Source: Clostridia bacterium (GTDB lineage Bacteria > Bacillota > Clostridia > TANB77 > CAG-508). Taken from it: a stretch of 64,000 nt of DNA. The DNA lies in the NCBI GenBank assembly GCA_017625465.1, contig JAGAKS010000016.1, forward strand, positions 147,034 through 211,033, given 5' to 3'. Below, piece after piece: positions 39,631-48,782 of this stretch. Made by a program: the position numbers and the translations under genes. Numbering within the stretch: the first letter of the stretch is position 1; every line of letters starts with the position of its first letter. The notes beneath the pieces were generated by a model. The model was not told where the DNA came from, did not search any database, and saw nothing but the letters and a program-made list of their open reading frames with translations.

Positions 39631-39713
39631 TGGTGCGGTAGAGAGGACTTGAACCCCCACGGTCTCCCACTAGATCCTAAGTCTAGCGCGTCTGCCAGTT
39701 CCGCCACTACCGC
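39631..39713 (-). tRNA. tRNA-Leu (anticodon UAG), type II with a long variable arm and an encoded CCA.
   Basis: A hand-folded cloverleaf gives GCGGTAG...anticodon loop CTTAGGA...variable arm...GGTTCAAGTCC...CTACCGCACCA. Confidence 0.85.
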
Positions 39714-39777
39714 GTGTTAGTATTCCTAACAACATTAATATTTTAGCACAACAATATTTCAAAGTCAAGACATATAT

Positions 39778-40728
39778 TTAAAATATCTCGTAAAAATTTT
39801 TAAATACATAACCTTGTTCTCTTAAATATCTTATAACTTCTGGCAAAGCTTCTACTGTTACTTGTTTATCACTAGCATCATGCATTAAAACAACTATTGT
39901 ATCGTCACCTTCCATAGTTAGTTTTAATTCATTTAATTGGTCTTCTACTGTATTTTTTCCTTCTGCATCACCAGTCATGCAATTCCAATTAGTATGTGAA
40001 ACTCCATAAGAATTTAATACACTTTTTGACTCAGCCTTTACATCTGAATATTTTCCACCTGATGAACCGCCCGGATATCTAAACAAATACATTCTATAAT
40101 CTTCTATTCCAAGAGCCGCTCTTACAGCATTTTCACAATCAACATATTCTCCAAAAATTGTATCTACGGATCTATAAATTTTGGAATATGAATGTGAATA
40201 TCCATGATTTGCTATGTAATGTCCTTCTTCATACGCTCTTTTTACTAAGTTTGGATACATATTTACTCTGGCTCCAACAACAAAGAAAGTTGCAGGCACA
40301 TTTTCATTTTTTAATATATCTAATATTTGTGGTGTAATTGTTGCGGATGGACCATCATCAAAAGTTAAATATGCTACTTTTTCTGTTGAATAATATAAAT
40401 TTTTTATTTCTTCTTGTGCATTTTCATTATATTCTGGTATAAATTTTGATTTAATTCTTTCTGCACTATGTTTTGCAATTTGAACGTGTGCTGTTTTTAA
40501 GGTCTTTTCTTCACCAGCAACAGCTTGAACATCAGTTGGTTCTGCTGCAACATATTCAGTATCTTGAACAGGTTTAGAAATTTTATTATAACTTAATACA
40601 AAACTTCCTACTAAAATTATAAAACAAGATACAACAGAAGTAATAAAAATAGCTACTTTTTTCACATTTAATCTAGGCTCATCATATATATTTGTTAGTC
40701 GTGTTTCATTATGATTATCATATAACAT
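39778..40728 (-). CDS. Polysaccharide (peptidoglycan GlcNAc) deacetylase, NodB-homology domain, membrane-anchored.
   Basis: An N-terminal TM helix and NodB motifs (YLTFDDGPS, HGYSHS) are present. Confidence 0.85.
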   Translation of the reverse strand: MLYDNHNETRLTNIYDEPRLNVKKVAIFITSVVSCFIILVGSFVLSYNKISKPVQDTEYVAAEPTDVQAVAGEEKTLKTAHVQIAKHSAERIKSKFIPEYNENAQEEIKNLYYSTEKVAYLTFDDGPSATITPQILDILKNENVPATFFVVGARVNMYPNLVKRAYEEGHYIANHGYSHSYSKIYRSVDTIFGEYVDCENAVRAALGIEDYRMYLFRYPGGSSGGKYSDVKAESKSVLNSYGVSHTNWNCMTGDAEGKNTVEDQLNELKLTMEGDDTIVVLMHDASDKQVTVEALPEVIRYLREQGYVFKNFYEIF

Positions 40729-40825
40729 TTCTACTACCTCCTTCTATATATTATACATCATTATTATATTTTTGCAATGTATATTTTTAGAAAATTTAAG
40801 AGCCTTTTTATAAGGCTCTTAAATA

Positions 40826-43525
40826 CTATTCTCCACCATTTATTTTTAATAATTTAAAAATTTCCACAATTACAACAGGAGTAAATACTAAGCAAATTGT
40901 TTCAATTAATTTTTCTGCTGGAAGTAAAACTATTCCAAAAATATCTCTTAAAACTGGTATTAGTAATACTGCAAACATTAATACAGCAGAAGCAAATATG
41001 GCAAGCAACAATTTATCATTATTAAATGGATTTGTAGTAAATACAGATTTTAAATTATTTCTTATATTAAATACATGTACAAGCTCTGAAAATGCTAAAA
41101 CTGTAAATGCCATAGTTTGAGCCACTTGTATTTTATACATTGGTTCTCCATCTACTGCCAAACCTAAAATAAATGCTGTAAGAGTAATTAGCCCTATCAT
41201 AACTCCTTGATATATAAGTCTATATGTCATGCCTTTTGTAAATATTCCTTTTGTCTTTTTCATAGGCTTTTTATTCATAACATCTTTTTCTGCCGGATCA
41301 ACTGCTAAAGCCAATGCTGGAAGTGAATCTGTTACTAAGTTTATCCATAGAATTTGTATTGGAAGTAATGGTTCTAATGCGCTTATATAGTCTGGTGTAA
41401 TTCCAAATTTATTTGCTAATATTGGTGTTAGCATAATAGCTATGAATAATACAACTATTTCTCCAATATTGCTTGATAATAAGAAATGAATAGCTTTTAA
41501 AATATTGCTATATATTCTTCTACCTTCTTCTACTGCTGAAACAACTGTTGCAAAGTTGTCGTCTGTTAAGATAACATCTGCTGCTTCTTTTGAAACATCA
41601 GTACCAACAATTCCCATTGCACAACCAATATCAGCTTTTTTAAGAGCTGGTGCATCATTAACACCATCACCAGTCATAGCAACTATTTCTCCATTGGCTT
41701 GCCATGCTTTTACTATTCTAACTTTATGCTCTGGTGAAACTCTGGCATAAACTGAAATATTTCTTACTCTTTGAATTAATTCTTCGTCAGAAATTTTTTC
41801 AAGTTCAGCTCCTGTTATTGCTTCATCTCCTTCTTGTAAAATTCCTAATTCTTTTGCAATAGCTGAAGCAGTAATTTTATGGTCACCAGTAATCATAACA
41901 GTTTTTATACCTGCTGAAATACATTTATTAACGGCATCTTTAACTTCTACTCTTGGTGGGTCTATCATTGCAACCATACCAGCAAAAATTAAATTGCTTT
42001 CTATTTCTTCCATTTCGCTATCTGTTGGCTCATGATCTAATTCTTTATAAGCCATTGCTAAAACTCTTAAAGCATTTTCAGCAAGTTTTTTATTTTCTTC
42101 TTCTACTATTTTTTTATAGTTTTCTAAATCTGTTTTTATTTCACCATTAAAAGAATAGCTATCACAACAGCTTAATAATTCATCAAGTCCGCCTTTAGTA
42201 TAGACAAAATATTTATCTCCTAATTTATTTACTGTTGTCATTAATTTTCTATCTGAATCAAATGGAATTTCTTTAACTCTTGGCATTTCACTATATATTT
42301 CATCTGTGCAATTTAATTTAAAGCCCATATCTACCAAAGCTGTTTCAGTAGGGTCACCTGTCAAAGTTCCATCTTCTGCAATTTTTGTATCATTACATAA
42401 CATACATGCTTCTAAAACTTTTTTGCCTTCTTCGTCTAAAGCTTTAATTTCTTCTATATCTGATAATTTTCCATTAACGAAAAATTTAAGAACTGTCATC
42501 TTGTTTTGTGTTAATGTACCAGTTTTATCTGAACATATAACAGATGCACTACCTAATGTCTCAACTGCTGGTAATTTTTTTACAATGGCATTTCTTTTAA
42601 CCATTCTTTGTACACCAATAGCTAAAACAATAGTTGACACTGCTGCTAAACCTTCTGGAATAGCTGCAACAGCAAGTGATACTGCTGTCATAAACATATG
42701 AATAGGTTCTTTACCATATAAAGTACCTACTATAAATATAAGTACACATATAGCTAATGCAACAATTCCTAATGTTTTTCCTAAGTTGTTTAACTTTATT
42801 TGAAGCGGTGTTGCTGAATCTTCTGTCTCATTAATCATAGAAGCAATTTTTCCAACTTCTGTATTCATACCTGTTTCAACAACAATACCTTTTCCTCTAC
42901 CATAAGTAATTAAGCTAGAAGAAAATAAAATATTTTTTCTGTCCCCTAAACTTATTTCTTCATCTTCAATCTTATCTGAAAATTTGTCTACTGGAACAGA
43001 TTCACCTGTCATAGCCGCTTCTTGTGATTTTAAATTAATAGCTTCTATAATTCTTAAATCAGCTGGAATAAAATCTCCTGTATCTAAAACTACTATATCT
43101 CCGGGAACAAGTTCTGCAGATTGTACTATTTCTAATTTTCCATTTCTTATAACCTTTGCAACATGACTACTCATTTTTTGAAGTGCTTCCAAAGATTTTT
43201 CTGCTTTATTCTCTTGAGCCACACCAATTATAGCATTTACAATAACTACTATTAAAATAATAATTGAATCAGTAAAGCCTTCCCCTTCTTTCACACCAAC
43301 AATTCCTGAAACAATTGCTGCAATTATAAGTACAATTATCATAAAGTCTTTGAACTGTTCCAAAAATTTAACAAGTAAACTTTTTTTCTTTTTTGCTTTT
43401 AGTTCGTTTGAGCCATATTTTTCTCTTCTTTTTACAACATCTTCTGAACTCAAACCTTTTTCTAAATCTGTTTCAAGTTCTTTTGCTGTTTCTTCAATTG
43501 TAAGATTAAACCATTTTTTGCTCAT
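40826..43525 (-). CDS. P-type Ca2+-transporting ATPase (PMCA/SERCA-like, type IIA).
   Basis: DKTGTLT, TGDGVNDAPALKKADIG and TGES motifs are present, with 10 TM segments. The start MSKKWF is supported by RBS GAGGAGG. Confidence 0.9.
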   Translation of the reverse strand: MSKKWFNLTIEETAKELETDLEKGLSSEDVVKRREKYGSNELKAKKKKSLLVKFLEQFKDFMIIVLIIAAIVSGIVGVKEGEGFTDSIIILIVVIVNAIIGVAQENKAEKSLEALQKMSSHVAKVIRNGKLEIVQSAELVPGDIVVLDTGDFIPADLRIIEAINLKSQEAAMTGESVPVDKFSDKIEDEEISLGDRKNILFSSSLITYGRGKGIVVETGMNTEVGKIASMINETEDSATPLQIKLNNLGKTLGIVALAICVLIFIVGTLYGKEPIHMFMTAVSLAVAAIPEGLAAVSTIVLAIGVQRMVKRNAIVKKLPAVETLGSASVICSDKTGTLTQNKMTVLKFFVNGKLSDIEEIKALDEEGKKVLEACMLCNDTKIAEDGTLTGDPTETALVDMGFKLNCTDEIYSEMPRVKEIPFDSDRKLMTTVNKLGDKYFVYTKGGLDELLSCCDSYSFNGEIKTDLENYKKIVEEENKKLAENALRVLAMAYKELDHEPTDSEMEEIESNLIFAGMVAMIDPPRVEVKDAVNKCISAGIKTVMITGDHKITASAIAKELGILQEGDEAITGAELEKISDEELIQRVRNISVYARVSPEHKVRIVKAWQANGEIVAMTGDGVNDAPALKKADIGCAMGIVGTDVSKEAADVILTDDNFATVVSAVEEGRRIYSNILKAIHFLLSSNIGEIVVLFIAIMLTPILANKFGITPDYISALEPLLPIQILWINLVTDSLPALALAVDPAEKDVMNKKPMKKTKGIFTKGMTYRLIYQGVMIGLITLTAFILGLAVDGEPMYKIQVAQTMAFTVLAFSELVHVFNIRNNLKSVFTTNPFNNDKLLLAIFASAVLMFAVLLIPVLRDIFGIVLLPAEKLIETICLVFTPVVIVEIFKLLKINGGE

Positions 43526-43728
43526 AAAAACCTCCTCTTGCATTTTAATATAACTATACTTAATCAAAAAGACTTTTAAAGAATTTTATTTCTTTAAAAG
43601 TCTCACTCCCATTAATTTGGGTTTACTAACCAGATTTTCATCGGATATGTTGGTTAGCAAATTATAGTTACTCCCTCTTAATTACATTATGTATTATATA
43701 TATAAATTTAAAATTTATCAAGTATTTT

Positions 43729-46056
43729 TTAAAATTTACTATATTTAGTTTTAGGATACAAATTTTCTTCTAGATACTCATCTGTAAACTTAGCTTCTGC
43801 TTCTTTTTTAGCTTTTTCCTCTTCTTTTCTAATTCGTTCTTCTTCACGAATTTTAGCAAGTTCCGCTTCCTTTTTAGCCTTTTCTTCTGCCATTATCGCT
43901 GCTTTTTTGGCTCTTTCTTCAGCTATAATCGCTGCTTGCTTTGCTTTTTCTTCGTTAGCCAATCTTTTTTCTTCTGCTCTTTTTAATTTTTCTTCTTCTT
44001 TTTTTATGCGTTCTTCTTCTCTAATTTTCGCAAGTTCAGCATTTCTTATAGCTTTGGCTTCTGATTTAGCCTTATTTTCCTCTGCTTTAGTAACTTTATA
44101 TTCCTGATATTTTTTTGAAAATTCTTCTTTTTTTATTTTCATGTTTTCTGCTAATTCATTTTTCTTAACCAGCGCTTTTTCTTTAAATATATTAACTTTT
44201 TTATTCCATTCTTCTTTTCTTTGTGCCTTCTTTTCTAAATTTTCTTTTCGTTTAACAGCATTTTCTTCTTCTTTTTTCTTTTTCATTTCCATTTTCAAAG
44301 CTAATTCTTGTTCTTTTTTTAATTTATCTTCTTCACGTTTTTTAGCAAGTTCTGCTTCCCTTTTAGCTTTTTCTTCTGCCATTATTGCATCTTCTTTGGC
44401 TTTTTCTTCTGCTATAATTTTAGCTTGCTTTGACTTTTCTTCTGCAATGATTTGTGCTTGTTTAGCTTTTTCTTCTTTCTCTTGTTGCTTTTTCTGAATT
44501 TTTTCTATTTGGGCTTGTTCTTCGAATTGTATCTGTTCAAGTGTTTTGGCTGATGAAAGTCTTTTATTAAGAGTTTTTATCTTTCTTAAAAGATTTTTAA
44601 ACCATTGTTTTACCATATCTATTTTTTCTTTTTCAAACTTTATGCACTTTTCATACCATGACAATTTAATTTCATTAGAATAATAATAATTACTTATATA
44701 TAAATCATTTTCCATTGAAACTCCATTTAAAACAGTTCCAATTACTTTACCACCAACATTTTCTATATCTGTTTTTGCTTTTATTAAATTATCTTTTTTA
44801 GTTTTATTATATGATGCTACTAATAAAGTTTTTACAAGTAGTCTACTTAACAATAAAGAATCTGTAATTGGAAGAATAGGAGCACCATCAAAAATTACTA
44901 CATCATAATATTGCTTTAAATTATCAATTAGCTCCACTAATTTTGTTGATTCTAATAACTCTGCTGGATTTGGTGGAACACTACCAGCTGTTATTACATC
45001 TAAATTCTCTATATTAGTCTTTTTGATATATTCACCTAAATGCCAGTTTATTTCCATTCCATTAGAATCTATATTAGAAATATAATTAGAAAGTCCATTT
45101 TTATTTGGAATATTAAATACCAAGGCTTGTCTTCCACGTCTCATATCTGAATCTACTAAAACAACTTTTTTACCTGCTTGTGCAAAAGTAATAGCTAAAT
45201 TTGCTGATACATAACTTTTTCCTTCGCCAGCTAAACAACTAGTAACTAACAAAGTTTGTGCCCCTTTTGTATTTATACTGCTAAATTGCACATTCGTTCT
45301 TAGTGTTCTAAAAGTTTCTGATATTATCGATTTATTCTCTGTAAAAGTAATAATTTCACTTTTTTTCTTTTTGTCCAAAGGAATAGTTATCAAGTTTTTT
45401 ACTTTTAATATTTCTTCTATATCTTCTGCACTTTTTACTGTATTATCTAAAACATTATATATAAATACATACGTAGCAGCAATAATAATTCCTAAACAAA
45501 TAAATATTGTAATATCTCTACTATGATTTATATTATATGGCTCTGTTGGAACTGTTGGTTCATCTATAACATAAACATTATCAATTTTATAAATTTCTTT
45601 TACTTGTTCTGAAAAAACTTCTACTACTTTTGTAACAATATTTTTAGCCACTTGTCCACTAGGATTTGAAACTGATATTGCTAATAAATCTGAATTATTT
45701 ACTCTATCAACTGAAACTGATTCCATAAGCATTTCAAGGCTTATATCTACACCTAAATTATCTTTTACTTGCTCCATAATAGTTCTACTTTTAACTAATT
45801 CGCTATAAGTTAAAATCAAACTTGAATTAAGTGTTAAATCAGACTCTGTTATAGTACCATTATTATCTAAAGTTTGCCCATTAACAGAAGAACTAACTTT
45901 TCCCAAAATAATAGTAGCAGTAGAACTATATAGTGGTTTAGTATAATTATATGTATATACTATTCCTACAATAATTGAAATAACAATAATAGCAATAAGA
46001 CTTATCTTTTTTCTCTTTATTACTGTTAATAAATCTTTTAAATTTAGCTCTTCCAT
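43729..46056 (-). CDS. Capsular/exopolysaccharide co-polymerase fusion of a Wzz chain-length domain and a BY-kinase (tyrosine autokinase), with a roughly 310-aa Lys/Glu/Ala-rich repetitive C-terminal extension.
   Basis: Two TM segments flank a periplasmic Wzz-like region. Walker A (GEGKSYVSANLA), A' (VVLVDSDMRRG) and B (VVIFDGAP) motifs are present, and a Tyr cluster SNYYYSNE is followed by KAKQA/IIAEEKAK repeats. Confidence 0.85.
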   Translation of the reverse strand: MEELNLKDLLTVIKRKKISLIAIIVISIIVGIVYTYNYTKPLYSSTATIILGKVSSSVNGQTLDNNGTITESDLTLNSSLILTYSELVKSRTIMEQVKDNLGVDISLEMLMESVSVDRVNNSDLLAISVSNPSGQVAKNIVTKVVEVFSEQVKEIYKIDNVYVIDEPTVPTEPYNINHSRDITIFICLGIIIAATYVFIYNVLDNTVKSAEDIEEILKVKNLITIPLDKKKKSEIITFTENKSIISETFRTLRTNVQFSSINTKGAQTLLVTSCLAGEGKSYVSANLAITFAQAGKKVVLVDSDMRRGRQALVFNIPNKNGLSNYISNIDSNGMEINWHLGEYIKKTNIENLDVITAGSVPPNPAELLESTKLVELIDNLKQYYDVVIFDGAPILPITDSLLLSRLLVKTLLVASYNKTKKDNLIKAKTDIENVGGKVIGTVLNGVSMENDLYISNYYYSNEIKLSWYEKCIKFEKEKIDMVKQWFKNLLRKIKTLNKRLSSAKTLEQIQFEEQAQIEKIQKKQQEKEEKAKQAQIIAEEKSKQAKIIAEEKAKEDAIMAEEKAKREAELAKKREEDKLKKEQELALKMEMKKKKEEENAVKRKENLEKKAQRKEEWNKKVNIFKEKALVKKNELAENMKIKKEEFSKKYQEYKVTKAEENKAKSEAKAIRNAELAKIREEERIKKEEEKLKRAEEKRLANEEKAKQAAIIAEERAKKAAIMAEEKAKKEAELAKIREEERIRKEEEKAKKEAEAKFTDEYLEENLYPKTKYSKF

Positions 46057-46195
46057 TTACTCTCCTCTTAATCTAAAAAAATAAAGACACAAATAAAAAC
46101 TTTATTTGCATCTTTTGTAAAACCTTTAATTTTAAATTATTCTATCACGGATTGTACTAAATATCAAGAACTTTTTGCATATTACGATACTTTTT

Positions 46196-47062
46196 TTATT
46201 TTAAAAATTTTGTTTTAATAAAACCACATCTTTGACATAAATCTTCAACTAATTCTTTCTTTTCAAATCCTGAAATTATGGCTTTTGCTCTATCACTTTC
46301 GATAATATCTTTTAAAGTGGTAGTAAATATATTTCCCAAACAAATATTGCTATCTGCATCTAAACAACAAGGCACTACATCACCGTTAGATAAAATTGCA
46401 ATTTGATTTCTCAATCCATAACATTTTCCAGTTTTAGCAATAACATCACCATTAATATCTGGCCACACAAACTCTATATCTTGATTCAAAAAAATATTTT
46501 TATCTAATTCAATAAAGTCATTTTTCTTCGCTTTTTTAAAAATATTTTGAATACCATATTTTTCACCAAGTTTTATCAAAACATTTTTATTTATATCATT
46601 GTTTTCTATTTTATCTAAATTCCATAACCTATATGAAATGATAATATTAGTGTTTTGCTGTATTTTATCAACACCTTCAAAAACATTTTCTAAATATTTT
46701 TCTTCATCAACATTATTTTGCTCAGCAGAGTGTAAAGAAATATTAATTTGTCTAATACTCTTTGAATTTAAAATAACTTCTATTTTTTTGCTTAATAGAG
46801 TAGCATTTGTTGTAATATTAACTTTCAAATTATACTTTTCAGCAATATCTAAAATTTCTTTTAAATTTGGATGTAAGAAAGGCTCACCTTTAACGTGCAA
46901 AGCAATTAAATTTGTATAACCAATTACTTCTTTAACTACCTTTTCAAATTCTCCTACCTGCATAAATCTATCTGCTCTTGTTGTTTTACTACAAAATGAA
47001 CAATTTAGATTACACATATTTGTTATTTCTATATATACTTTTAAAAATCTTCTTTTTTCCAT
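46196..47062 (-). CDS. Radical SAM protein with a C-terminal SPASM/twitch Cys cluster, 288 aa.
   Basis: CNLNCSFC matches the CX3CX2C motif near the N-terminus. C-terminal CCLDADSNICLGN...CQRCG is characteristic of a SPASM auxiliary cluster. Confidence 0.75.
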   Translation of the reverse strand: MEKRRFLKVYIEITNMCNLNCSFCSKTTRADRFMQVGEFEKVVKEVIGYTNLIALHVKGEPFLHPNLKEILDIAEKYNLKVNITTNATLLSKKIEVILNSKSIRQINISLHSAEQNNVDEEKYLENVFEGVDKIQQNTNIIISYRLWNLDKIENNDINKNVLIKLGEKYGIQNIFKKAKKNDFIELDKNIFLNQDIEFVWPDINGDVIAKTGKCYGLRNQIAILSNGDVVPCCLDADSNICLGNIFTTTLKDIIESDRAKAIISGFEKKELVEDLCQRCGFIKTKFLK

Positions 47063-47081
47063 AATTTACCACACATAACAA

Positions 47082-47108
47082 AAAAAGAAGCTTTTCAGCT
47101 TCTTTTTC
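47082..47108 (-). terminator. Terminator after the 47120..47515 gene.
   Basis: Hairpin AAAGAAGCTTTTCAGCTTCTTT with a T-run on the minus strand. Confidence 0.65.
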
Positions 47109-47119
47109 TAATATTTTAA

Positions 47120-47515
47120 TTAGATATTATAATCTGTAACTTTTTTGTAAGCATAAACTGCTGAACCTACAAATGCTATTGCTATTAAAACAATTGATGT
47201 TGTATTTGCACTACCTGCATAAGGTAATTTGCTTGAATTTGTTGATGAATTATAGCTACTTGTATTTGTTTTGTTTGTAGCTCCTACAACATTTGATTTG
47301 TTTGTATTTGTAGTTGTATTTAACTTAGTAGCATTAGTATTTGTTGTATTTGATTTATTAGTATTTGTATTAGATTTATTTGTATTTGAAGCGCCAATTT
47401 GAACTGTACCTGATTCTGATGTATTATCAGAAGATAATTCAGTTGCAAGTGAACTTGCGCTACTTATAACTAATATTAATAATACAATTGAAATTACACT
47501 TAAAAATTTTTTCAT
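47120..47515 (-). CDS. Small secreted Asn/Thr/Ser-rich surface protein with a C-terminal sorting-like signal (SKLPYAGS, then a TM segment, then KK).
   Basis: A signal peptide is followed by NT(N)K repeats. It is a paralogue-like counterpart of the LPNTG protein at 29558..30055. Confidence 0.6.
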   Translation of the reverse strand: MKKFLSVISIVLLILVISSASSLATELSSDNTSESGTVQIGASNTNKSNTNTNKSNTTNTNATKLNTTTNTNKSNVVGATNKTNTSSYNSSTNSSKLPYAGSANTTSIVLIAIAFVGSAVYAYKKVTDYNI

Positions 47516-47677
47516 TCTCTAAAATCTCCCATCTTACTATATATTATATTAAAACAATTTGTTTTTTATTCAATCTATATATATTATAACAATAATTATT
47601 TTGCAATGCAAGTATTTTTTTACCTTTTTTGTAAAATTTCACCAAAATTTCACAAAAATAGCTAATTTCAAGCATTT

Positions 47678-48772
47678 TTATACATTAAATCTAAATAAAA
47701 CAATATCTCCATCTTGCATAATATATTCTTTTCCTTCTGAACGAATTAAACCTTTTTCTCTTGCTGTGACCATTGAACCATCACATTTCATCAATTCATC
47801 AAAAGAAACAACCTCTGCTCTAATAAATCCTCTTTCTATATCTGAATGAATTTTCCCAGCAGCTTGTGGCGCTTTTGTTCCAATTTTAATAGTCCACGCT
47901 CTTACCTCTGGTTCTCCAGCTGTTAAGAATGACATAAGTCCTAACAGTTTATAACTTGCCTTTATTAGTTTATCTAGACCAGATTCTTCAAGTCCAAGAG
48001 CTTCTAACATTTCTTGCTTATCTTCATTTTCTAAAGTGCTAAGTTCTTCTTCTATTTTTACACATAAAGGAATAACTTCCGCATTTTCATTTTTTGCAAA
48101 TTCTTTTACTTTAACAAAATTTTCATTAGTTTCAGGATTTGAAAGCTCATTCTCTGAAACATTGGCAACATACATAATTGGCTTTAAAGTAAGCAAGAAT
48201 GCTTCTTTTAAAACTTCTTTTTCTTCATCTGTATATGTTAAAGAACGAGCAGCTTTTCCTGCTTCTAAGGCTGTTTTTACTTTTTCCAAAGTTTCTACTT
48301 CGAAACCATACTTTTTATCAGCTTTTAACATCTTTCTAGCTCTATCTAGTCTTTTCTCTATTGTTTCCAAATCTGCAAAAACTAATTCTAAATTTATTGT
48401 TTCAATATCTCTAAGCGGATCAACACTGCCATCAACATGTACAATATTAGAATTTTCAAAACATCTAACAACTTCTAATATGCTATCTACTTCTCTAATA
48501 TGTGACAAAAATTTATTTCCTAAACCTTCACCCTTGCTAGCGCCTTTTACTAATCCAGCAATATCAACAAATTCTACTACTGCTTTTGTTACTTTTTGAG
48601 GTTGATAAATTTCTGCAAGTTTATCAACCCTTTCATCTGGAACTGGTACAACTCCAACATTTGGTTCAATTGTACAAAATGGATAATTTGCACATTCTGC
48701 TCCTGCCTTTGTTATACTGTTAAAAAGTGTACTTTTTCCAACATTTGGAAGTCCTACAATTCCTATTTTCAT
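47678..48772 (-). CDS. ychF: Redox-regulated ATPase YchF (Obg-family GTPase).
   Basis: The N-terminal G1 motif GLPNVGKST, a TGS C-terminal domain and a length of 364 aa are present. Confidence 0.9.
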   Translation of the reverse strand: MKIGIVGLPNVGKSTLFNSITKAGAECANYPFCTIEPNVGVVPVPDERVDKLAEIYQPQKVTKAVVEFVDIAGLVKGASKGEGLGNKFLSHIREVDSILEVVRCFENSNIVHVDGSVDPLRDIETINLELVFADLETIEKRLDRARKMLKADKKYGFEVETLEKVKTALEAGKAARSLTYTDEEKEVLKEAFLLTLKPIMYVANVSENELSNPETNENFVKVKEFAKNENAEVIPLCVKIEEELSTLENEDKQEMLEALGLEESGLDKLIKASYKLLGLMSFLTAGEPEVRAWTIKIGTKAPQAAGKIHSDIERGFIRAEVVSFDELMKCDGSMVTAREKGLIRSEGKEYIMQDGDIVLFRFNV

Positions 48773-48782
48773 ATTTAACTCC

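Noticed and set aside
43574-43657. Two hairpins in the Ca-ATPase leader, considered as a possible riboswitch.
   Set aside because: The first (AAAGACTTTTAAAG..CTTTAAAAGTCT) is adequately explained as the terminator of the upstream BY-kinase gene. The second has only a 7-bp stem. No conserved riboswitch motif was recognised.
44141-44497. Plus-strand 118-aa ORF, and 43907..44107.
   Set aside because: They are antisense to the Lys/Glu-rich tail of the BY-kinase. The Ser/Phe/Ala low-complexity product has no start signals.
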